Of a stretch of 64,000 nucleotides of DNA, positions 33,921 to 43,578 are shown piece by piece. Each line of letters starts with the position of its first letter. Within the stretch, counting starts at the first letter, position 1. The stretch is from Spartobacteria bacterium. GTDB lineage: Bacteria; Verrucomicrobiota; Verrucomicrobiia; Chthoniobacterales; UBA10450. The stretch is from assembly GCA_003169975.1 (NCBI GenBank), contig PNAA01000056.1, positions 3,123-67,122 on the forward strand, read 5' to 3'. The notes beneath the pieces were generated by a model that made no database searches, was not told the DNA's origin, and worked only from the letters and a program-made list of their open reading frames with translations. Position numbers and translations under genes: made by a program.

Positions 33921-35906
33921 ATGAGCGCCAACTCTCACGCCCTTGAAACGCAACTTGGTGGTAGCCATCACGATCATGATCATGACGGCGAACATCTGCG
34001 GAAGCTCGGCGAATGTTGCGGCGGTGCGCACGACTATTCCGATAACGGGCTGAAATGGCGCCTGACGCTCGTCTTCATCGGCGGCGTTTGTCTCTTGCTC
34101 AGCGGAATCGTGCGCTGGCTTCGACCGACCCAGGCCGATCTCGCTTCTACGTGGGCCATGGGGGGAGCGATCATCACCGCGCTCCCGATTTTCCGCGACG
34201 CGCTCCTGGGTTTCCGCTCGAAGGCACTGGCGAACACCGAATTTTACATGAACCAGTTCATCACCCTCGCGGTGATCGCTTGTTTCGTGACGCAGCAATA
34301 TGTCACCGGCGGCCTCGTTGCCATCATTCTGCTTCTCGGCCACATCCTCGAGGATCGCAGCATGCTCGGCACGAACGAGGCGATCAACAGCCTGCTTCAT
34401 CTCTCGCGCGTCAGCGCACGGCGCGTGCGTGGCGAGATCGAAGAAGAGGTCGATGCCGAATCGTTAGGCGAAGGTGATATCGTGCGGATGCGGCCGGGCG
34501 ATACCGTGCCGGCGGATGGAAACGTGGTCAAGGGCTACTCGACAATCAACCAGGCGACCATCACCGGTGAATCGCTCCCGGTCGAAGTCGCGCCCGGCGC
34601 GAAAGTATTCGCCGGCACCTCGAACCTGACTGGTCTGCTTGAAATGCAGGTCACCAGCACCGGCCAGCAAACCGTCCTCGGACGCGTCAAGGACATCGTC
34701 GAGGAAGCGCAGCAGACGCGCGCTCCGATCGTTAGGCTAACGGAAGAATACGCGCGCTATTACATGCCGCTCATTCTCCTCATCGCGGGCTTCGTCCTGT
34801 TTTTCACCCAGAACGTACAGCGCGCCATCTCGGTGATCGTGGTCAGCATTCCCTGCACGTTCGTCTTGGCGGGGCCCTCGGCCATGGTGGCGGCGTTGGC
34901 CGCGGCCTCGCGTATGGGCATTCTGGTGAAGAGCGTGCGTTTCTTCGAGGCGGCCAACGATATCGACACCATCGTCTTCGATAAAACAGGCACGTTAACG
35001 ACCGGCGAACTGAAAGTCGCTTCGATCGAGCCCCACGACGGCATGAAAGAGAATGATCTCCTCGCCGTCGCCGCCGCCGTCGAACAGCATTCCACTCATC
35101 CGATCGCCCGCGCCATTGTCAACGCCGCGCGGGATCGCGAGCTGCATATTTCCGACGCCGTCGACGTCCAGGAAAAGCATGGGCATGGCCTGCTCGCGCG
35201 GGTCGGAGGCCGGGAGATCGTGGTGGGACGGGCCGCGTGGCTGCAGCAGCAGGAAATCGCGCTCCCAAAGGATGGCGCCAATCAACACGATCTGAGCGCA
35301 CTTCACATCGGCGTGAACCGAAAACTCGCCGGCATCATTTACCTGAGCGACACGATCCGCGCCGAGGCTTCCGGCGTGATCACAATTCTGCGCGAAGAAG
35401 GCATCGATCAACTCACCATGCTAACCGGCGACCGTCTGCCGGTCGCGGCGCGCCTCGCGCAAGAAATCGGCCTAACAGATTTTCGGGCCGATTGTTTGCC
35501 CGAACAAAAACAGGAAGCGGTTACGAAACTGAAGGCCGACGGCCGCAAGGTGATGGTCGTCGGCGATGGCGTGAACGACGCGCCCGCGCTCGCGGCCGGC
35601 GACCTGAGCGTCGCGATGGGCGCCCTCGGCAGCGATGTCGCAATTCAAACTGCCGACATCGCTTTGATGGCGAGCGATCTCAGCCGCGTGCCGCATTTCC
35701 TCGGGCTCGCTGATAAGACGCTGCGTATCATCAATCAAAACATGCTCTGCGGTTTCGTCTTTATCGGCGCGGCGATCGTGCTCTCCGGCGTCGGCCTTAT
35801 TCCGCCGATCGCCGCCGCATTCATCCACGAGTTCGGCGCGTTCTTCGTCATCTTCAACAGCGCGCGCCTTCTGCGCTTCGAGGGAAATCCAATCAACCAG
35901 GCGTGA
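33921..35906 (+). CDS. heavy-metal P1B-type ATPase with His-rich N-terminus
   Basis: HHDHDHDGEH tail, TGES, DKTGTLT, STHPIARAI, GDGVNDAPALAAGD. The TM metal motif reads SIPCTF rather than the classic CPC. Confidence 0.9.
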   Translation: MSANSHALETQLGGSHHDHDHDGEHLRKLGECCGGAHDYSDNGLKWRLTLVFIGGVCLLLSGIVRWLRPTQADLASTWAMGGAIITALPIFRDALLGFRSKALANTEFYMNQFITLAVIACFVTQQYVTGGLVAIILLLGHILEDRSMLGTNEAINSLLHLSRVSARRVRGEIEEEVDAESLGEGDIVRMRPGDTVPADGNVVKGYSTINQATITGESLPVEVAPGAKVFAGTSNLTGLLEMQVTSTGQQTVLGRVKDIVEEAQQTRAPIVRLTEEYARYYMPLILLIAGFVLFFTQNVQRAISVIVVSIPCTFVLAGPSAMVAALAAASRMGILVKSVRFFEAANDIDTIVFDKTGTLTTGELKVASIEPHDGMKENDLLAVAAAVEQHSTHPIARAIVNAARDRELHISDAVDVQEKHGHGLLARVGGREIVVGRAAWLQQQEIALPKDGANQHDLSALHIGVNRKLAGIIYLSDTIRAEASGVITILREEGIDQLTMLTGDRLPVAARLAQEIGLTDFRADCLPEQKQEAVTKLKADGRKVMVVGDGVNDAPALAAGDLSVAMGALGSDVAIQTADIALMASDLSRVPHFLGLADKTLRIINQNMLCGFVFIGAAIVLSGVGLIPPIAAAFIHEFGAFFVIFNSARLLRFEGNPINQA

Positions 35907-35914
35907 TTCCGAGC

Positions 35915-36796
35915 ATGAAAAAATTACTGCTCCCTTCCGCCTGGCTGCTCGCCTCGCTTTGCCCGGCACCGGCCGCAACCAGGATAAATATCGCCTCGTT
36001 CTCGACCATCCTGACGGAGATTGCCGAGAAGGTCGGCGGCGATCACGTCACCGTCTTCGCTCTCGTCAAACCGGGAGTCGACCCGCACGAATACGAGCCG
36101 ACGCCATCCGACCTGAAGAGGGTGAGCGATGCGCAGCTCATCCTGACGAGCGGGAAACATCTCGAGAATTATCTGAACAAGCTGCAGGAAGCCAGCGGCG
36201 GGAAAGCGGAACTGCTCAAGGTGGGCGACCTTTTACCCAGCCTAACGATGAAAGCGGAGGAAGGTAGCTCTGGAATGACGCTGGATCCGCATTGGTGGAA
36301 CAGCGTGACAAATGTCGAGCAGGCCACCAGGGTCGTGCGCGACGAGTTAAGCAGGCTCGATCCGGCCGACAAAGCGGACTTCGCAAAGAATGCGGAAGCT
36401 TATCTCGCCCAGCTCGATGACTTGAATCGGTGGGTAAAACGAAAAGTGGCCGAGCTGCCGCGGGACAAACGCAAACTGGTCACATCACACGACGCCTTTC
36501 AATATTTCGCGCGCGAATACGGTTTCTCCATTTCCGCCATCGAAGGCGTGAGCACGGAAACTGAGCCGTCGAACCGGCACGTCGCCGAATTGATCGATCG
36601 GATCAGGAAGGAAGGCGTCAAAGCCATCTTCACCGAGAGCACGCTCAACCCGAAGGTAACCAAGGAAATCACTCGCGAGACCGGCGCGAAGGTTGGCGGA
36701 GTTCTCGACGTCGATGGGCTCGGCACGGTCGAGGCGAGCACCTACGAGGGAATGGTCAGGCATAATGTTTCGACCATCGTCGATGCCTTGAAGTAA
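35915..36796 (+). CDS. metal ABC transporter substrate-binding protein (ZnuA/MntC/TroA cluster A-I)
   Basis: Signal peptide MKKLLLPSAWLLASLCPA, DPHEYEPTPSD and DPHWWNS metal-ligand motifs. There is no long His loop, so the metal is unassigned. Confidence 0.85.
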   Translation: MKKLLLPSAWLLASLCPAPAATRINIASFSTILTEIAEKVGGDHVTVFALVKPGVDPHEYEPTPSDLKRVSDAQLILTSGKHLENYLNKLQEASGGKAELLKVGDLLPSLTMKAEEGSSGMTLDPHWWNSVTNVEQATRVVRDELSRLDPADKADFAKNAEAYLAQLDDLNRWVKRKVAELPRDKRKLVTSHDAFQYFAREYGFSISAIEGVSTETEPSNRHVAELIDRIRKEGVKAIFTESTLNPKVTKEITRETGAKVGGVLDVDGLGTVEASTYEGMVRHNVSTIVDALK

Positions 36797-36813
36797 CAGG
36801 AGGAGCGCGAAGG

Positions 36814-37236
36814 ATGAGAGGATCGCCAATTTTGCGTGCAGGTCTCATCCTGTTTGCGTTCTTGCTCCTTCTTCTGCCCTTGCGCAAACTAACGAGCAGC
36901 CGAGCAAATTCGGCGTCGGTGGTCGCGCCTCCGGCCGCGCCCGCCGCAAGCTTCCATCTTACAATCACCTCCACGAGCGTTCCGTTCCGCTTTGAGATTT
37001 CTCATCTGGGGAAAACAGTCTGGAAAGGCGCGAGCGATGAGAGCAGCAGCTCGAAGAGCCTAACGATGTCTTTTCCGCCGGAGGGCATCGACCTGGGTGT
37101 GCAGGCCTCCTGGCCGGAGGCGAAGGAAGCCGCGATCCGAATCGAAGTCACGCGTGGCGACAATGCTCCGATCATTAAAACGCTGTGGGGCAACCATCGC
37201 GTTGATGACGTGGTGACGTTCGCACCATCCCAGTGA
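36814..37236 (+). CDS. membrane-anchored hypothetical protein embedded in the ABC importer operon
   Basis: 140 aa, an N-terminal TM/signal helix (ILRAGLILFAFLLLLLPL), then a beta-rich soluble part. I recognise no family. Confidence 0.5.
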   Translation: MRGSPILRAGLILFAFLLLLLPLRKLTSSRANSASVVAPPAAPAASFHLTITSTSVPFRFEISHLGKTVWKGASDESSSSKSLTMSFPPEGIDLGVQASWPEAKEAAIRIEVTRGDNAPIIKTLWGNHRVDDVVTFAPSQ

Positions 37237-37246
37237 CTCCTGAGCC

Positions 37247-37990
37247 ATGCTGCATCAACTCGTCATCAAGGATCTGACTGTGGCGTATCGGCGTGTCCCT
37301 GCGGTTCATCATCTCAATCTCGTCTTATCGTGTGGACATCGTGTCGGTCTGCTTGGGCCTAATGGCGCGGGCAAGACGTCGCTCTTCAAAGCGCTCGTCG
37401 GTCTCGTCCCATTGGCGACCGGTTCAGTTAATTTCGGCGGGCACGGGAAGACGCCGGCCGCGGCGGAAATCGCCTATCTTCCCCAGCGGAGCGCAGTCGA
37501 TTGGGATTTTCCCGTGACCGTCCGCGGGCTCGTCGAAATGGGACGCTATCAGCGGTTGAGTTGGTGGCGGCCTTTTGCACAAGAGGACGCTCGGGCGGTC
37601 GAAGACGCGCTGTCGACCATCGGTCTGAACGACCTGGCCGATCGGCAAATCAGCGCTCTCTCTGGCGGTCAGCAGCAGCGGGCCTTTATCGCCCGATCGC
37701 TCGCGCAGAACGCGCATGTGTTCCTGCTGGATGAGCCATTCGCTGGTCTGGACCGGCCTGCCCAGGACTTGCTGGGCGACACGATTCGGCGGCTGGCCGA
37801 GAAGGGCAATCTCGTCATCGCCGCGCATCACGATTTGAAAACGGTTCCCGAGTTGTTCGATCAAGTAATTTTTCTCAACCGCAAGTTGATCGGTTTCGGA
37901 GACACGACGGAAACTTTTACGGAGGAAAATATCGCGGGCACTTTCGACACCCCGGTTTTGTCCGGCGCGACCGATTCGTTAGGCAGATGA
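37247..37990 (+). CDS. metal ABC transporter ATP-binding protein (ZnuC/MntB-like)
   Basis: Walker A GPNGAGKT, signature LSGGQQQR, Walker B VFLLDEP. Confidence 0.9.
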   Translation: MLHQLVIKDLTVAYRRVPAVHHLNLVLSCGHRVGLLGPNGAGKTSLFKALVGLVPLATGSVNFGGHGKTPAAAEIAYLPQRSAVDWDFPVTVRGLVEMGRYQRLSWWRPFAQEDARAVEDALSTIGLNDLADRQISALSGGQQQRAFIARSLAQNAHVFLLDEPFAGLDRPAQDLLGDTIRRLAEKGNLVIAAHHDLKTVPELFDQVIFLNRKLIGFGDTTETFTEENIAGTFDTPVLSGATDSLGR

Positions 37991-38865
37991 ACTGGCTCTT
38001 GGAACCATTCCGCCATGAGTTCATGCAGCGCGCCTTATTCGGCTGCGCGCTCATCGGCTTCACCAATGGAGCGTTGAGCGCATTCATCGTCCTGCGGCGG
38101 CTGGCGTTGATGGCGGACGCGATGGCGCACTCGCTTCTACCGGGCGTGGCTGTCGCCCTGCTCCTTTTCGGGCTCGCGCCTTCGGGTCTTTTTTTTGGCG
38201 CACTCGTTGCTGCACTCCTCGTCGCGCTGGGCGTGCAAATTATTTCCGGCAGCTCCCGCATCAAGGAGGACACTTCGCTCGGGCTCCTTTTCGCCTGCTC
38301 GTTTTCGTTAGGCCTGGTCCTCCTCAGCTTTTCGCCCGCGCAGGTAAATGTGACGCACTACCTCTTTGGCAACATTCTCGGTCTCGCGGATTCTGACCTC
38401 TGGATCATTTACCTGATCAGCCTGATGGTCCTGCCGCTCCTGGCTCTATTTCAGCGTCCTTTGGTCCTGATCATGTTCGAACCATCGATCGCGGCGATCC
38501 AGGGCATCTGGGTAAAATTGCTCACTTATCTGCTGATGGGTCTGCTCGTCCTCTCGATGATTGCTTCGCTCCAGGCCGTGGGAGTTATCCTGGCCCTCGG
38601 CATGCTGATCGCTCCCGCGGCCACGATCTATCTCTGTTCCGACTCCTTTCCGGCGATGTTTTGGGGCGGCGGATTAATCGGGATGTTCGGCTCCTGTGCC
38701 GGCTTGTTCGTCTCCTACTGGCTCAATCTGCCATCCGGCGCCTGCATTGTTCTCACGCTCGGTCTGATTTTCTTCGTGGCCTATTTGTTTAGCCCCAAAT
38801 ATGGTGCGCTTCCGAAGTTGCTCCGACGCCGTCAGCATTTTCATGGGACATCTGGGCCCCACTGA
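37987..38865 (+). CDS. metal ABC transporter permease (ZnuB/MntC-like)
   Basis: 292 aa, multi-TM, ABC-3 family look (MADAMAHSLLPGVA). 4-nt overlap with the ATPase gene. Confidence 0.9.
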   Translation: MNWLLEPFRHEFMQRALFGCALIGFTNGALSAFIVLRRLALMADAMAHSLLPGVAVALLLFGLAPSGLFFGALVAALLVALGVQIISGSSRIKEDTSLGLLFACSFSLGLVLLSFSPAQVNVTHYLFGNILGLADSDLWIIYLISLMVLPLLALFQRPLVLIMFEPSIAAIQGIWVKLLTYLLMGLLVLSMIASLQAVGVILALGMLIAPAATIYLCSDSFPAMFWGGGLIGMFGSCAGLFVSYWLNLPSGACIVLTLGLIFFVAYLFSPKYGALPKLLRRRQHFHGTSGPH

Positions 38866-39304
38866 CCAAGCCGCAAGACAACCCATGCATTGCGAGGTCC
38901 CGATGCTCGCGAGAATGATCGCTAACGCCTTTCTCGGCGATATTGAGTCGGCGACGGAGATGGACTGCCGCCCCTCGTCTATGCGCGACAGCGAAGCCTA
39001 AACGGTCCCATTGCAACCCCGCTTCCTGCGACTTGCAAACCCCCCGCAACGCCGATGCAAGCGGCGCGAATTCCCCCTTCAGTTTTGCCACAGAGCCGCC
39101 GTGGAATGCAACCGCTCGCCGTGAAAACCTAGAGCGACAGACCGCGATTCCCAGGTTCGTCGAAAACCCGCGTGTAGCGCGGGCGTTTCCATTTAGAGCG
39201 GCGATGTGGAAGTCTGGAACACCTCAGGCGGGACAAAACAACTGCGGGCGAAGCGCTTCGCCGTAAACGAGCAGAATGCGCTTCAGCACGCCATGCTCGC
39301 GACA

Positions 39305-39448
39305 TCAGGCCTTCGGGCGGAGAAACCCGTTTCCCGTTTTCCTTCGGCTTTCGCGAGCAAGTCGCCCCCCACCAACAAGTTTGGTGGCAATGACGATGCC
39401 GCCTGCTTTGATAAACTTCCTGCGGCTGGATTGGTCAGGCAGTTCCAT
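39305..39448 (-). pseudogene. orphan twin-arginine signal peptide (remnant of a Tat-exported protein gene)
   Basis: MELPDQSSRRKFIKAGGIVIATKLVGG is a textbook Tat leader (SRRxFIK + h-region). The frame stops after 47 aa and I found no mature domain in any frame. Confidence 0.3.
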
Positions 39449-39479
39449 GTTCGTTAGAGCCCTCCAATCATTCCGTCGC

Positions 39480-39875
39480 TCAAAAATCACGCCTAACATG
39501 ACGCGTGATTGCGCTCACGTGCTTTGCGATTTTCAAGCCATAGACACCGATTTTGTAATTGCCGGTTGCATCCTTAGCAATCGAACCGCTTCCACAGGCA
39601 AGCTCATATAGCCTGTTTAGCTTATTACCGGCCTTAAGTGCGGCATCTACCTCCGTCCAGTTAGCGTTCGCAAATGCTATTGTGTTAAGCTGTAGCTGTC
39701 GTTCAGGACGGTCCAGTCCATAGTTGACGATACTTTTCCAAAGTCGCCGGTTGAATCTTAGAACAGTCCAGGTCTGTTTCGCTCCTCTTATACTACCCGA
39801 CGCACGAAGTCTGGCGATAAGTTCCCGGTGAAGGCGAGCTTTTGGATGATTCGCAATTTCCTCCGGCCTTTTCAT
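39480..39875 (-). CDS. hypothetical protein (131 aa) in a low-GC patch
   Basis: Clean ORF in a stretch visibly more AT-rich than its neighbours. I recognise no family. Confidence 0.4.
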   Translation of the reverse strand: MKRPEEIANHPKARLHRELIARLRASGSIRGAKQTWTVLRFNRRLWKSIVNYGLDRPERQLQLNTIAFANANWTEVDAALKAGNKLNRLYELACGSGSIAKDATGNYKIGVYGLKIAKHVSAITRHVRRDF

Positions 39876-39897
39876 GGCTAGGTCTAATCACCACATG

Positions 39898-42021
39898 TCA
39901 AAAACTATAGGAGGCCGTGCCGTAGAATCCACGGCGTTGCCCGAATTGCGGCGCACCCACACCAATGCCGCTGCCGTCGCGCAGCTCATAGATCTTATCA
40001 AGCAGGTTGACGACATCAAAGCGCACTCTAATTGCCTGCGCGCCTTTGAGCGGAATGCTCCGCTCCACTCCGAGGTTAAACGTTTCGTAGGGATGAAGCT
40101 TCTGCGTATTGGCGAAACCGCGGCGCAGTCCGTTCCCGTAAAGCGCGTCGGCTGAAAACGTCCACTTTTGCCAGTTGTAGGCCACTCCGCCCGAGCCGGT
40201 GACACGTTGATCGTGGTCGAGAAACACTGAGTGGGTCTTAATGTAGGCGAACTCATCCGGATCGAAGAGGAACTGCGCGGAACTGACGTGTTCGCCTGTC
40301 GCATGTTCGACGCCGATGTTTAAGTAACTGGAGAAGCCGGCGTGCTGATAGCTGGCGGTCAACTCCCCACCGTAGATTTCCCCTTCGGCGTAATTGAACG
40401 ACGAGAGAATGAGCGCCTGACCAAATTGCCCCTCATCCAGAATGTTGCGCGCATGTTTGTAAAACCCATCCAGGCCGATCTGGAAATCGGCGCCGATCTT
40501 TTGCGTGACGCCGGCGTCGAAGTAATGCGCTCGCTCCGATTTCACCGGTGAATCGAGTGTGATCGCCGACTCGTTAGTCGTGCCGGCAAATTTCGCGATT
40601 GTGCTTTGGCTCACGTTTTCCAGCGGAGGCGGCGTGAAGTAGCGCGCGTAACCGGCGTGGAAGGTGGTCGATTTCCACGGGGTATAAACGATGTTGATGC
40701 GCGGGCTGAATTGGCTTTCCGTCACGACCTCATCGGCCAGATCGAAGCGGCCGCCGAAATTAATCGTTAGTTTTTCGAAGGGCTTCCATTCATCCTGCAG
40801 GTAGGAGCCGTAAAAGTAACCATCCTGACTCGAGTTATCGGCGATGCGCGACGGGATATCGCTCGTTTGATTCCCCTCGCCGTCGACCGGAAACACCGAG
40901 GTTGCCGTGCCAGAGGTCGCGTGTGAGCCGGTGAAGAATAAGCCGCCGCGCAGCGTATTTTGTCCGTTTAGGTTGTAACTTGTGTCCAGCTCCGCGCCAT
41001 TGGTGTAAATCTGGCGATCGACACGCGAAGCCACTCCGTTAAAGAAGAGGTCTCCCACGTTATCTGGGCGGAACAAAACGTCGCTGTAACGCGTGAAAAC
41101 CGACGCCTGCATGTTAAAGACGTCGGATTTCTTTTGATAGGCCAGGATGGCGTAGGAGGAGTTTTCCGCCTGGTTTTCATCCAGTTTCGCCGATTCGAAA
41201 TCCGCGCTCCCGTTGACCGCGAAAGCTGTCGGCTGCCCCGGATTATTCGGAATCTGGAAGTTGCTTTCGTTCCCGCTCAGCAAAAGCGTGAACCGACTCG
41301 AGTCATCGATGATGTAGGAGAGGTAGCCGAACTCCTTGAACTGGTCGGTGTCGTCGTGGATCGGAGAACTGCTCCGCGTCGGATTCTCAATCCCGATGCC
41401 GCTATGCAGATAACTTCCTGTAAAGTAATAAGTGAGCTTTCCTATCACTCCGCCGTATTCAAAGCTCGGCATAATCGTGTCGAAACTACCGACCTGGAGC
41501 GAGGCTTCGCCCCCGGTGAACGAAGCACCGTTTTTCGTGTGGACGTCAATGACACCGGTTGTGCGGAAACCAAATTGCGCCGGCAAGGCGCCGGTCATCA
41601 ATGAGATGTTGTCCACGAAGCGGGTTGACAACTCCTGACCGAACCCGGTAATCCCTTCCGGCAGCAAAACATCATCGATCCGGTATTGCAGATTGGCGTG
41701 TTCCCCGCGGACATGCAGCTGGCCGAAGGAATCCTGCGCGACGCCGGGAAAACGCAGAATGGTTTGGTTAAATCCCGCGTCTTCGCCTTGCGCCTGCTGG
41801 CTCAGACGATCGGGACCGACGGTGTAACGCGTCGCACCGAGACTCGGGACGATTTGCTCGCGCGAGGTGTCGAGTTCCTGGCTGGTGACGACGATACTGC
41901 TGGCGGTCGCCGTTGCGGGCGACGCGCTGGGTGATGGGCTTGGCGAAACGGCCGCGACTTGCGCGGCCGCAAAGGTGGCGCTGCTTTGCAGCGCGCAAAT
42001 AAAAGATGCTAGTTTCTTCAA
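39898..42021 (-). CDS. TonB-dependent outer-membrane receptor
   Basis: Signal peptide, plug domain (QTILRFPGVAQDSFGQLHVRGEH..YRIDDV), long beta-barrel, C-terminal ...GTASYSF. Confidence 0.9.
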   Translation of the reverse strand: MKKLASFICALQSSATFAAAQVAAVSPSPSPSASPATATASSIVVTSQELDTSREQIVPSLGATRYTVGPDRLSQQAQGEDAGFNQTILRFPGVAQDSFGQLHVRGEHANLQYRIDDVLLPEGITGFGQELSTRFVDNISLMTGALPAQFGFRTTGVIDVHTKNGASFTGGEASLQVGSFDTIMPSFEYGGVIGKLTYYFTGSYLHSGIGIENPTRSSSPIHDDTDQFKEFGYLSYIIDDSSRFTLLLSGNESNFQIPNNPGQPTAFAVNGSADFESAKLDENQAENSSYAILAYQKKSDVFNMQASVFTRYSDVLFRPDNVGDLFFNGVASRVDRQIYTNGAELDTSYNLNGQNTLRGGLFFTGSHATSGTATSVFPVDGEGNQTSDIPSRIADNSSQDGYFYGSYLQDEWKPFEKLTINFGGRFDLADEVVTESQFSPRINIVYTPWKSTTFHAGYARYFTPPPLENVSQSTIAKFAGTTNESAITLDSPVKSERAHYFDAGVTQKIGADFQIGLDGFYKHARNILDEGQFGQALILSSFNYAEGEIYGGELTASYQHAGFSSYLNIGVEHATGEHVSSAQFLFDPDEFAYIKTHSVFLDHDQRVTGSGGVAYNWQKWTFSADALYGNGLRRGFANTQKLHPYETFNLGVERSIPLKGAQAIRVRFDVVNLLDKIYELRDGSGIGVGAPQFGQRRGFYGTASYSF

Positions 42022-42182
42022 AATATTTTTCTCCTGCTGGTAATTGGATTATCGACTGGGACAGGCGCGCCACGACAGGTGGCGGCCTAACGAACCAAGG
42101 CGTGCGCCGGTCGCGCCGTTTGCTCAGGACACGGAGTCGGAACGATGCCCGCTTCGTGTGAAACAGGCGGCGGGACGTAGCG

Positions 42183-42533
42183 CTAGGAGAGCGCGGGCGG
42201 CGCGTGCTCGAAGATGCGAGCGCCGAAGAAGGGCGCCGGCACCCAGACGGGAGCGAGCGCCGGAATTTTCTCAAAAACAAGCGCCGGCTGCGGCGCGACC
42301 ACGACGGGCGGTGCATCCGCCTGCTCGTATTTGCCGGTGGCGATCAGCGTCACCGCGCACTCGTGATCCGGCGAACCAGCATCCGCATGAAAGCGCGCGT
42401 GCAGTTGCGGCGAGGCGGCGAGCGCGAGCGCGAAGAAAAAGGCCGAGAACAAGCCGCTCGCGACAAAGACCTGGAGTTTTTCGCGGCGGCTCACGGTGAA
42501 AGTTATGTTGTGGTCGAACCGAACAGCACGCAA
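42183..42533 (-). CDS. 116-aa His/Cys mini-protein (paralog of 26828-27178), immediately upstream of the TonB receptor
   Basis: See 26828-27178. Shared ASP.LH.R.H..A....HEC.V and RIFEHAPP motifs and identical length. Confidence 0.6.
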   Translation of the reverse strand: MRAVRFDHNITFTVSRREKLQVFVASGLFSAFFFALALAASPQLHARFHADAGSPDHECAVTLIATGKYEQADAPPVVVAPQPALVFEKIPALAPVWVPAPFFGARIFEHAPPALS

Positions 42534-42579
42534 GAATATTCTGCGGCGATGACGCGCCTATTTTTCAAGAGTCCGCTTT

Positions 42580-43569
42580 TTACACTGAAGAAGGAATCGT
42601 CAACGTCCTGTTTTCGGAGGAGGTCCCGGAACGCGCCGGCGGCGTGGTGCCCAGCCATCCCACAATCGCCACCACCGCCAGGCCAAGGCAGGCCTCGTAG
42701 AACACGTCGCGGCGGAGTTGCGCCAGCAAATCCGGGCTAGTCGCAGTAGGGTTTAGCCCTGTCCGAATGATGCCTCGGTTTCGAGCGCCGAAGCCGAGGA
42801 GGACGGCGAAAAGCGTCAGCTTGCACAGGAGAAGCGCGCCGTAGCGCGTCGTGAAAAGCGCAGCGACAGAGCCGACCAGGAGCCAGCTATTGGAAAGGCC
42901 GCTGACCACGAGGACGCCGACACAGCAAAAGCTGAGCGCGGAAAAGCGGCGCAAGACATGGAGCGCGGGTTCGCCTAACGAGACTGAGACCCCGGTGTGC
43001 GCCAGGAAAATCGCGAGCGGCAACAATCCCCCAATCCACCCGCCGGCGGCGCAAAGATGCAGCGCATCACCGAGAAGGCCGAGCGGTTGGGATCGGACGG
43101 CGGCCGCGTGACTGATCCAGGCGAGTGAGACGAGCAAAACCAGCGCCAGGAGCCAGAGCACGAGGGTCAGTGCGTGGCGTGATTTCTTCCTGAGCAAGCC
43201 GACCGCGACGAGCGCGAGTGCCAACCCGATCACTCCCAGGCGCAGCTGCCAGACGCGGCCGAACTCCGTTTGCAACAGCACCATCCGCCATGCGTTTCCC
43301 GAAAGTGCATCGCCAAGCGACGACCCGCTCATGCTCGCGACCACGAGCCAAAACCAGAGGAGCGCGGAGAAAAGCGCCGCGACCAGACTCCACAGGGCGA
43401 GGCAAAAGAATTGCCGATCGAGCTCATGCCCGGCATCACCGGCGGACTGGCCCACGCGCCCGAGCGCGACGACCTCAAAGGTAAAAACTCCCGCGAACAG
43501 GAGCGACGCCGCGATCTGCACGCTGCGCGCAATGATGAGCAACGCGTCAGACATCACCTTTTCCGGCAC
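42580..43569 (-). CDS. copD: CopD-family copper resistance/transport membrane protein
   Basis: 329 aa, about 8 TM helices, located directly after copC as in copCD pairs. Confidence 0.8.
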   Translation of the reverse strand: MPEKVMSDALLIIARSVQIAASLLFAGVFTFEVVALGRVGQSAGDAGHELDRQFFCLALWSLVAALFSALLWFWLVVASMSGSSLGDALSGNAWRMVLLQTEFGRVWQLRLGVIGLALALVAVGLLRKKSRHALTLVLWLLALVLLVSLAWISHAAAVRSQPLGLLGDALHLCAAGGWIGGLLPLAIFLAHTGVSVSLGEPALHVLRRFSALSFCCVGVLVVSGLSNSWLLVGSVAALFTTRYGALLLCKLTLFAVLLGFGARNRGIIRTGLNPTATSPDLLAQLRRDVFYEACLGLAVVAIVGWLGTTPPARSGTSSENRTLTIPSSV

Positions 43570-43578
43570 ATTTTTCGC

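Noticed and set aside
34730-34742. CGTTAGGCTAACG, two overlapping word copies in opposite orientation, as a special palindromic site.
   Set aside because: It is only a near-palindrome (the second half is a one-mismatch variant) and it occurs once, so I treated it as coincidence within the word population.
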